This document shows positions 1 to 8,784 of a DNA stretch of 64,000 nt, one piece after another (positions within the stretch are counted from its first letter, which is position 1; each line of letters opens with the position of its first letter). Source of the stretch: Gammaproteobacteria bacterium (GTDB lineage: Bacteria > Pseudomonadota > Gammaproteobacteria > Arenicellales > Poriferihabitantaceae); NCBI GenBank assembly GCA_030590945.1, contig JAUVBY010000001.1:167-64166 (forward strand). Direction: 5' to 3'. The notes under the pieces are model-generated. The model was given only the letters and a program-made list of their open reading frames with translations. It made no database searches and was not told where the DNA came from. A program made the translations under genes and the position numbers.

Positions 1-81
1 CTTGCAGTCTATTTCGTAATTCTATATTGGGGTTTGGGTAATAGTAATTGCGATAGAAATAGGCCAAAATAGATTCGCCCT

Positions 82-114
82 AAATTAAAAAAGGCCGTAT
101 ATAAATACGGCCTT
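82..114 (-). terminator. Rho-independent terminator-like hairpin after the binding-protein gene
   Basis: AAGGCCGTAT-ATAA-ATACGGCCTT forms a 10-bp stem at 91-114. Read on the minus strand it is followed by TTTTAATTT (90-82). It lies about 25 nt past the stop at 138. Confidence 0.6.
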
Positions 115-137
115 TTAATTTACATCTGACGAGAGAA

Positions 138-1163
138 CTAACTTTTAGGGTCAGATTTACCGTCATAACGAGACTGCCATTCCTCAAGGATGCGAGAACG
201 GTTGTTCGCTGACCATTCAAAATCACTTTCGAACATTCTCTCAATTAGCTCAGGAGGGAAGTTTTCCACCGGCTTGGCAACGCCTGGCATTCCAACAACA
301 GCATAGGCTACGTTATACATTTCATTGGCCTCTTTGGAAATTGACCATTCCATCAATACTTTAGCATCTTCCAGATTGTCCGTTCCTGCCATAATTGCCG
401 CAGCTTCCATTTCCCAACCTACGCCTTCCGAAGGCACAACTACCTTAAGTGGTGCACCTTTGGAAATTAAGCCAGCACCTTTGTTAGCGAAAGAAATACC
501 AATTGCAATTTCACCTGCACCAGCAAGCTTACAAGGTTTAGAGCCTGAGTGCGTATAGCGGGCAATGTTCTTATGTAGGCCGTCCATATATTCCCAACCG
601 GCATCTTCACCAAACATTTGTAACCATGTGTTGACGTCAAGGAAGCCCGTGCCGGAAGAGTTCGGGTTAGGCATAACAACATGGCCTTCATAGACTGGGT
701 CTAATAGATCCTTCCAGCTGCCAGGTATTGGCAGGTTATTCTTTTCAGCCTCTACTGTGTTCACACAAACAGAACCAACCCACGCATCCATGCCAACCCA
801 CTGTGGATTGTCGCTTTGATCTGCAAATTTAGGATCCAGCTTATCTGCGCCTGGTACTGCGTAAGTTTCAAGCATGCCTTCCGTTTTAAAAAGCAATAAA
901 GATGTACCCGCCAGGCCCCAAACCACATCCGCTTGTGGGTTGTTGCGCTCAGCAAGTATTTTTGCCGTGATAATACCCGTTGAATCACGAACAAAATCGA
1001 TATCAATATCTGGATGCGCTGTTTCAAATTGCGCCTCATATCTGGCCAGGTCTTCCGCTTCAATTGCGGTGTACACCGTTAGCTGACCTGCCAACGCTGC
1101 AGAAGTTAATCCTGCACCGAGCATGGTTACGATGGTGACGTCTCTCATTTTTTTTAGAGTCAT
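138..1163 (-). CDS. Periplasmic ABC-transporter substrate-binding protein, Fe3+/2-aminoethylphosphonate (PhnS-like) family
   Basis: 341-aa ORF with an N-terminal signal peptide (..GAGLTSAALAG). Motifs LTVYTA, NPQADVVWG, PNPNSSGTGF and HSGSKPC are typical of this binding-protein family. The substrate call is recall-based inference. Confidence 0.7.
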   Translation of the reverse strand: MTLKKMRDVTIVTMLGAGLTSAALAGQLTVYTAIEAEDLARYEAQFETAHPDIDIDFVRDSTGIITAKILAERNNPQADVVWGLAGTSLLLFKTEGMLETYAVPGADKLDPKFADQSDNPQWVGMDAWVGSVCVNTVEAEKNNLPIPGSWKDLLDPVYEGHVVMPNPNSSGTGFLDVNTWLQMFGEDAGWEYMDGLHKNIARYTHSGSKPCKLAGAGEIAIGISFANKGAGLISKGAPLKVVVPSEGVGWEMEAAAIMAGTDNLEDAKVLMEWSISKEANEMYNVAYAVVGMPGVAKPVENFPPELIERMFESDFEWSANNRSRILEEWQSRYDGKSDPKS

Positions 1164-1387
1164 GTATTTTCTCCTCTTATCCTGAATTATTAAAATTCGC
1201 TAAAGTCTAGCTGTCGTCGCCTTTAAAACAAAAGCACTGTTTCACGACAAAAGCCTTCTATGACGAAGCCACAATTATTTGCAAATTACAACCGCGTCTT
1301 CAAAACAATATTAAGTTGTTCCAGTCATAAAATATACCATAAAATTGACCAAACAGGATAGCCGATCTGGTTCGTTTTCAGAGGTGA

Positions 1388-1609
1388 GTTCCGGTAGGCG
1401 GTCTGACTATCCTCGCCGGAGTTGTCATTTTTGATGCCGAGCAAATGGCGGCTACCAGGGCGATGAATGCTAGTGCCGAACAGAGTATCGTATTAGCCGA
1501 TTGCTCAAAATTTAACCGAGACGGTATTACCCATCGGTACGCCGCCAGCGAAGGTAATGGTATCGATAGATCAAAACTTGACTCTCGTTTTTTAAAGTTC
1601 GTAGACTAA
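1388..1609 (+). pseudogene. Remnant of a DeoR-family regulator C-terminal (DeoRC) domain
   Basis: This is a 73-codon open frame with no start codon, preceded by an in-frame TGA. It reads ..GLTILAGVVIFDAEQMAATRAMNASAEQSIVLADCSKFNRDG.., which resembles the conserved DeoR C-terminal VLADxSKFxR region. No HTH-encoding part lies upstream. Confidence 0.4.
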
Positions 1610-2487
1610 TCCAGTCCCGTTTCCAGTATCTCCAGAAACGCCGTCACAATCCGCATCGATCGCGTCTTCTCAAGGCAAACCACGTACTCATCGTGTACTA
1701 AGCGGGCATTTTTAACCGTCAATGCGTGCAGGCGGTTATCGTTACCGAATTCGTTTTCAGAGACGACACCAATCCCGAGCCCGGCGGCAACGGCTTCGCG
1801 TACGCCTTCTCTGCCGCTAATTTCCAGGGTGTTATTTAAAGGTACGTTGGCCTTTTGCATCGCGGTTTCAAATATGGCGCGTGTAGTCGAGCCCTGTTCG
1901 CGCAATACAATGCGTTCTCCTGCAAGTTCTTCAATACGGATGCTGCGCCGATCAGCCCAGGCATGAGATTTATTGGTAAATACCACCAGTTTATCCGGAG
2001 CCAGGGCAATCGCGTGCAGGCGTTCATCGTCCACCGGAACATTGGGTAATACCGCGATCTCGCAGCGGTGAGTTTCCAGAGCCCTCATTAATTCACGGGA
2101 GTTACCGGTAATAATGGACAGGTGTATGCCCGGGTAACGGCGATGAAATTGTGCGAGCAGGGGGGTGATGAAGTAGGGTGAGTCGGCGCCAACCCTGAGA
2201 TTGCCCGAGATTAATTCTCGAGCCGACAGAAATAACTGTTCGACTTCATCTTCATGGCGGAATAACTGACGGGTGATGGCGAGTGCCGCTTCACCGAACT
2301 CGGTGAGTTCAATTCCGTGACCCCGGCGTTCAAATAATTTGACACCATAACGTTCTTCCAGTGCTTTGACCTGCCCGGACAGGGTAGGTTGGGTGACGTG
2401 TAACATTTGTGCAGCATGGGTAAAGCTACCGTGCGTAGCGACGCCATGAAAGGCACGCAGGTGTGCATGTATCATTGACATAAACAA
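1606..2487 (-). CDS. LysR-family transcriptional regulator
   Basis: 293 aa. The N-terminal wHTH reads HLRAFHGVATHGSFTHAAQMLHVTQPTLSGQVKALEERYGVKLFER and is followed by a LysR substrate-binding fold. It resembles LysR regulators associated with aminoethylphosphonate catabolism (recall). Confidence 0.85.
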   Translation of the reverse strand: MFMSMIHAHLRAFHGVATHGSFTHAAQMLHVTQPTLSGQVKALEERYGVKLFERRGHGIELTEFGEAALAITRQLFRHEDEVEQLFLSARELISGNLRVGADSPYFITPLLAQFHRRYPGIHLSIITGNSRELMRALETHRCEIAVLPNVPVDDERLHAIALAPDKLVVFTNKSHAWADRRSIRIEELAGERIVLREQGSTTRAIFETAMQKANVPLNNTLEISGREGVREAVAAGLGIGVVSENEFGNDNRLHALTVKNARLVHDEYVVCLEKTRSMRIVTAFLEILETGLD

Positions 2488-2591
2488 TATTCCTTATCAA
2501 TAGTATCGATTTGATGGATAATAGTTTAAGCAGATATAGCGTAGCAATACATTTATACTTGTCGCATCATTTTTGTCGGAAATAACTGAAA

Positions 2592-3431
2592 ATGGACCTG
2601 CTCGTTACACTGGCGGTGCTAAGTGCGGCGTTTTTACATGCAATATGGAATGCCTTTGTTAAAACTGGTGATGATCAGCTAATCTCGATCACCGGCATTG
2701 CGGCGGGTTCTACGATAGTTGCTCTGTTTGTTTTTCCGTTTGTGGTAGCGCCCGATATGCAAAGTTGGCCGTATATCTTTGCGTCCATTTTGTTGCACGT
2801 GGGGTATATGATTTTCCTGAGTCAGGCATATCGATACAGCGATTTTTCTTCCGCGTATCCCATTGCTCGCGGGACGGCACCCGTGTTAATTACCGCATGG
2901 AGTTTCATATTTCTGCACAACGTTTTATCAACCCGGGAAATGCTGGCAGTACTTGGTATTCTGGTAGGTATTATGGTCTTTTCTACGCGCAAACTCGGTG
3001 CCGTGGTGAACGATCGAAAGGCGCTCATGTATGCGCTGCTGACGGCATTATTCATCGCTTCTTACACCGTCGTGGATGGCATAGGGGTTCGCCTGTCCGG
3101 CAGTATAGGTGGCTATATGGTGTGGATGACCGCCTTTGAAATAGTACCGCTCTTTATTTATACCTATGCCAGGCGAGGCCCGAAAGTTTTTACCGCGCTG
3201 GCACACAATGCCCCGAAAATGTTGTTTGCGAGCATGATGGCTGTGGGAGGATACTGGATCATCCTCTGGGCGATGACCCAGGCGCCGATTGCCCTGGTGG
3301 CAGCTTTACGCGAAACGTCGATCATTATCGCAGCTCTAATTGGTGCGTTTTACTTTAAGGAACCTTCGGGGAAAAGGCGGATTGTGGCAGCGATCATTGT
3401 GTGTATCAGCGTGGTGATACTGCGCCTGTAA
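2592..3431 (+). CDS. EamA/DMT-superfamily permease
   Basis: 279 aa and highly hydrophobic, with about 10 predicted TM segments in the two-EamA-repeat architecture. Confidence 0.75.
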   Translation: MDLLVTLAVLSAAFLHAIWNAFVKTGDDQLISITGIAAGSTIVALFVFPFVVAPDMQSWPYIFASILLHVGYMIFLSQAYRYSDFSSAYPIARGTAPVLITAWSFIFLHNVLSTREMLAVLGILVGIMVFSTRKLGAVVNDRKALMYALLTALFIASYTVVDGIGVRLSGSIGGYMVWMTAFEIVPLFIYTYARRGPKVFTALAHNAPKMLFASMMAVGGYWIILWAMTQAPIALVAALRETSIIIAALIGAFYFKEPSGKRRIVAAIIVCISVVILRL

Positions 3432-3435
3432 TTCC

Positions 3436-3490
3436 GGAATTATCGGAATTATCGGAATTATCGGAATTATCGGAATTATTTAGGAATTAT
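3436..3490. repeat. 9-bp tandem repeat (CGGAATTAT)x5 plus one degenerate copy
   Basis: Five perfect head-to-tail copies occupy 3436-3480, followed by TAGGAATTAT at 3481-3490. The repeat fills the spacer between the EamA stop (3431) and the Nudix start (3505). Confidence 0.95.
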
Positions 3491-3504
3491 GGGATCTAAA
3501 TATT

Positions 3505-3990
3505 ATGTCTGAAGAAATTGTTGCCCTGGTTGATGCAAATGATCGCGTGATCGGTGAAGCCTTGCGCTCTCGCGTTCGTAAAGAAGGCCTGGTGCATCGT
3601 GTGACCTATATTTTTGTGTTTTGTGTAGAAGGACAGCTCTTATTACAAAAACGTACCGCGATTAAAGACCTGTATCCAGGATACTATGATGCGGCTGCGG
3701 GAGGCGTTTTGCTGGCTGGTGAAACGTACGAGCAATCTGCGAACCGGGAATTACAGGAAGAACTGGGAATCCATGCCCCGCTAAAAACGCATTTTGACCA
3801 CTATTTTGATGATGGGTTTAACCGTTACTGGGGCCGGGTGTTTTCCTGTGAACACGAAGGCCCGTTTACGCTTCAGGCTTCAGAGGTTCAAAGCGTTGAA
3901 TTTGTTGATGTAGAGCGTATAGTCGGTGGCGAATATTCTCCTTTAACGCCTGATACTCTTGAGGTTTTGCATAAATGGTTAGATCGATGA
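3505..3990 (+). CDS. Nudix hydrolase
   Basis: 161 aa with a Nudix box GGVLLAGETYEQSANRELQEELGI (GX5EX7REUXEEXGU). Confidence 0.85.
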   Translation: MSEEIVALVDANDRVIGEALRSRVRKEGLVHRVTYIFVFCVEGQLLLQKRTAIKDLYPGYYDAAAGGVLLAGETYEQSANRELQEELGIHAPLKTHFDHYFDDGFNRYWGRVFSCEHEGPFTLQASEVQSVEFVDVERIVGGEYSPLTPDTLEVLHKWLDR

Positions 3991-4535
3991 TGCCGGGCCC
4001 CGGCAGAATAGTACGGTCACTGCTTGTTTTTAGTTTGCTGGTTTCAAACTATTTTGTTGAACGAGTTTACGCTGATGAGGCCACGCTGGATGTTTTGTTT
4101 CTGGCTTTAAAATATGCACCGGATGAAGCAACATCGAGGGTATATGAACATGAAATATGGCAGGAGTGGTTCCAGTCCGGGGACGAGCGTACAGACAGCT
4201 CGATGCAGGAAGCCGTGCAAAAACGCGGAAACTATGATTTTGCGGGTGCGGTGGAGATATTGAGCAGGATAATTGAGTTAAATCCGGATTACCCGGAAGC
4301 CTGGAACCAGCGTGCGACCGTATATTATTACCAGGAAAAATACGAGGCATCGCTTGAGGATATTGCCAGAACACTTGAGCTTGAACCACGTCATTTCGGT
4401 GCATTGAGCGGGCGCGCCATGATACGTTTATATCAGTCTAAACCGGCGCTGGCTCGTCAGAATATATTGAAAGCATCCGAAATTCATCCTTATTTGAAAG
4501 AGCGTAATTTGTTTCCTGATAGCGCTAATCAGTAG
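3975..4535 (+). CDS. Secreted TPR-repeat protein
   Basis: 186 aa with an N-terminal hydrophobic signal-like segment. TPR-like helical repeats are present (AWNQRATVYYYQEKYEASLEDIARTLELEPRHFGAL). The start could be one of the nearby Met codons at 3987/3990. Confidence 0.6.
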   Translation: MVRSMMPGPGRIVRSLLVFSLLVSNYFVERVYADEATLDVLFLALKYAPDEATSRVYEHEIWQEWFQSGDERTDSSMQEAVQKRGNYDFAGAVEILSRIIELNPDYPEAWNQRATVYYYQEKYEASLEDIARTLELEPRHFGALSGRAMIRLYQSKPALARQNILKASEIHPYLKERNLFPDSANQ

Positions 4536-4654
4536 CTCACCAGTTTGTCTATTCCAGGAATTGATCAGAGTTTTGTTTTATACTCGCCTCCTTATTTGTT
4601 TGCCTTCGTCGGCATTTAAGTTGAGTTAACGACGTCTACTAATCATTATTTTAA

Positions 4655-5986
<1,332 letters not shown>

Positions 5987-6048
5987 CCAAAGTACGATCT
6001 AAGGCGATAGATGCATTATATAATTAACGGCTGGGTGCGGCAGCAGCA

Positions 6049-7347
6049 TCAGGGAACATCCCAACGAACCCCCACGGTATAGGTGTTCCCAGGGCGCGTA
6101 CCATCTGTACTCAGGCTGTTATCAAGGCGTATTTCAGAATAAACCATTTCACGAAATTTATCGAAAGAATAGCGTAAACCCAGTACACCATAACGTAGTC
6201 GGTAGTCACCTGCTAAAGGTTGCCTGCTATCAGGTTCCAGAACATTCCAGCCTCCGACGACCCACCAGCGGTTGGAGAAATTATAGGAGCCAAAAAATTC
6301 CCAGCCCCAGCCATCAAAGTAGATTCCGGTATTGGTTGTTTCCTGATTTTCAAGCCGGGATATAGTCATTCCGGCATAGTATTTATCGCCAAAGCGGCGT
6401 GTGCCGATGATCAAAGCCCTGGAGTCGCCATCCATGCCCTGATTTCTTAAGGCGGGTAAATCCTTTTCGTCAATTAGCGCGTGGTTATACGCAATACCAA
6501 TCATCTTTTTGCCAGTGGATTCCAATATAGCGCTGATGCCGAATGCCTGTTTATAGTTGGCGCCATCAACCTGGGGAATATCTTCGCCATTTTGTATCTG
6601 AACATTCAATTTAAACGGCTTTAACTTCCATTTCTCCGGCATTCCTTTTATTGAAAACCTTCCCTGAAAAACATTGTTTGCGCGACCTGTACCGGTTTCA
6701 CCACCATCGGTAAGCGCGTTGAATGTGCCGCTTGCTTCGCCGCCAAATGATTCAAAGCGATCCGTAATACCGGATACCCGGTAATAACTTGACCAGTTCT
6801 TTCCGTAGGTTAGTGTAGTAGATGTAGTTTGCAGACCGACGTACAACAGACGACGCGAGGCCTTTTTATCTGGATCATCCTGGCGGTTGGATGCGCTCAG
6901 TAATTGTTCCAGCGCATCAAACAGATTAATGCCAATTTCGGCACGGCCCAGCAGCCAAAATCGAGGGCGAAACTGAAATTCAGCGTTTGCACCAACGCGG
7001 CTACCGCCGTCATTCCAGTTATTTTCAGATTCTGAATCGGTATAGCGAAAACGCGCACTCCCGTAGAGTTTGAACGTGGTATGGTCTCCATACTTGAAAA
7101 AGGGTTTTTCCTGAAGTTCAGATATGGTTGATTCCAGAGGGTCCTGGTCCGCTTCCATTTCCCTTTCGACAGTTTCCTCTTTGACTTCTATTGGTTTAAC
7201 GTCTTTTTCATCGTTACTCACGGGGGCGGGAGTGAGATCGGGTTCGGCTGCATTCAGACATGGAATGCTACCTAAGAAAAGCAGTATGATATAAAAGGCT
7301 TGATGGCCAATATATCTCGACACGCGCTTTGTGATCGTTCGATTCAA
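6049..7347 (-). CDS. Outer-membrane porin (beta-barrel)
   Basis: 432 aa with a signal peptide (..IPCLNA|AEP) and an acidic N-terminal linker. The remainder shows alternating amphipathic beta-strand patterning rich in G/Y/N/R, typical of porins. Confidence 0.6.
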   Translation of the reverse strand: MNRTITKRVSRYIGHQAFYIILLFLGSIPCLNAAEPDLTPAPVSNDEKDVKPIEVKEETVEREMEADQDPLESTISELQEKPFFKYGDHTTFKLYGSARFRYTDSESENNWNDGGSRVGANAEFQFRPRFWLLGRAEIGINLFDALEQLLSASNRQDDPDKKASRRLLYVGLQTTSTTLTYGKNWSSYYRVSGITDRFESFGGEASGTFNALTDGGETGTGRANNVFQGRFSIKGMPEKWKLKPFKLNVQIQNGEDIPQVDGANYKQAFGISAILESTGKKMIGIAYNHALIDEKDLPALRNQGMDGDSRALIIGTRRFGDKYYAGMTISRLENQETTNTGIYFDGWGWEFFGSYNFSNRWWVVGGWNVLEPDSRQPLAGDYRLRYGVLGLRYSFDKFREMVYSEIRLDNSLSTDGTRPGNTYTVGVRWDVP

Positions 7348-7370
7348 GCGATCAGTGCCATGAATCGAGA

Positions 7371-7865
7371 CTAAAATTGCCTGCCGATCGCGATCCCGTA
7401 CACCTCTTCGTTTTCATGGCCTTCAATGAAATCCAGGTTCGCCTGCGGCTCTATGACCCAGCCTCCGCCGAGTTCAAACTCGTAGCCGATCGAAGCTCGA
7501 AAAGTGTTCTCCCGCTCATTGCCCGGGTCTTTTCGGCCGACACCCGCACCGATGAACCATTCTTTATAGGGCCACCAGTGGGCAAATACGATTGCAAGCG
7601 TAGAATCTTTTTCTCGTTCAGCGCGTTCGATTACGCCCCCGAAAGACCAGGACTGGTTATAACGGTAGGAGTATTCGATTCCCAGCGTTTCATGATATTC
7701 ACCGTCTTCACGCGTAGCACCGGCAAACAGGCCCAGGATATGTTTGGCGTGTTCTTCTTCTGCGTTGTGCACTTCCTTAGCGTCGTGTTCGGCGGCGACC
7801 GCCCCGGTCGAGCTAAAACATAGCCAGATGGCAAAAAATACTTTAGCAAAGTTGTGATTTATCAA
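7371..7865 (-). CDS. Small outer-membrane beta-barrel-like protein with a His/Glu-rich N-terminus
   Basis: 164 aa with a signal peptide (..STGAVA|AEH) and a HDAKEVHNAEEEHAKH segment. Beta-strand patterning is present and the sequence ends in ..GRQF, a terminal aromatic residue as in OMPs. Confidence 0.45.
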   Translation of the reverse strand: MINHNFAKVFFAIWLCFSSTGAVAAEHDAKEVHNAEEEHAKHILGLFAGATREDGEYHETLGIEYSYRYNQSWSFGGVIERAEREKDSTLAIVFAHWWPYKEWFIGAGVGRKDPGNERENTFRASIGYEFELGGGWVIEPQANLDFIEGHENEEVYGIAIGRQF

Positions 7866-7988
7866 GATATTCCTGTCTGTTTATGGTGGCCAAAAGGTTA
7901 TTTTATACTGTTCCCGATCTTTTTTGTGGGTTCATTAGCCGTTTGTTCACAGTTAACACAGGGCGCGTAAAAAATAGCTAATATTGAT

Positions 7989-8654
7989 TCAAGGCTGATC
8001 AGGAAAAGTAGCTTCGAAGGCTTTTAAAAAGGCTTTTTTCTGCGCAGATGTCATACCGCTGCCTTGTAGATATTCGCGAATAAACGGATCAAGACCATAG
8101 CGCTCTAACAGTGCATAATCCTGCGCATAGTGAAGCATGTTCTTCAGGTTCTTTAGGCGCCTATTGACTGAGACAGGCATTTTGTAAAATTTTGTAGAGT
8201 GAAAATCTATCAGGGCAAATGATCCATCCCGCTGTACGATGATATTTCCCAGATGCAGGGCTTTAAAATAAACGCCGTTTTGGTGCAATTTAGCCAGATA
8301 AACAGCCAGGCGCCCTAGAATTTTATCGGTTGATGGTTCGTGCTCCCCCAGTTCACGAATACTCGGGCCGGGCACCAATGCATAGATCACGAGGTGCATC
8401 CCCGGGTCGCGGCACCGCATTATTTTTTCGACAACGACCGAATCAAAACCAAGTTGTGAGAGTCGCCGCGCGCAGCGTGCAAACCTGAGTCCGTAAGGCA
8501 CTATTCTGTCAGAGGAAAACAGTTTTTTGGGCCAGAATACTTTGACTATGGTCTGGTCGGGAGTCAAGTAAACGCGCGGTCCATCAGGGCTGTTCGAGAG
8601 CACACTGGCATTTTTAACCAGCTGTTCAAATTCGTTCCGGGAGCAGCTTTCCAT
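7989..8654 (-). CDS. Lipopolysaccharide kinase (Kdo/WaaP/InaA)-family protein
   Basis: 221 aa. The kinase-like catalytic region reads LHLGNIIVQRDGSFALIDFH. The family assignment is from recall. Confidence 0.5.
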   Translation of the reverse strand: MESCSRNEFEQLVKNASVLSNSPDGPRVYLTPDQTIVKVFWPKKLFSSDRIVPYGLRFARCARRLSQLGFDSVVVEKIMRCRDPGMHLVIYALVPGPSIRELGEHEPSTDKILGRLAVYLAKLHQNGVYFKALHLGNIIVQRDGSFALIDFHSTKFYKMPVSVNRRLKNLKNMLHYAQDYALLERYGLDPFIREYLQGSGMTSAQKKAFLKAFEATFPDQP

Positions 8655-8784
8655 GATGATTTAAATAAAATTTGTGCTGGAGAATGGATTCAGTTTTATA
8701 GGGCGCCAATAAACTGATTAAATGTTAACGCATCCTGTTCAGGTATAAAAGATCAGGGGAAAAATAGATGCCTATATCAGAAAA

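Noticed and set aside
1-72. Possible 3' end of a plus-strand gene (..LAVYFVILYWGLGNSNCDRNRPK*) at the window edge.
   Set aside because: Only 23 codons are visible, which is too short to distinguish from chance.
3436-3490. Possible CRISPR array, because of regularly repeated sequence.
   Set aside because: The units are contiguous 9-mers with no spacers, far shorter than CRISPR repeats. This is a simple tandem repeat.
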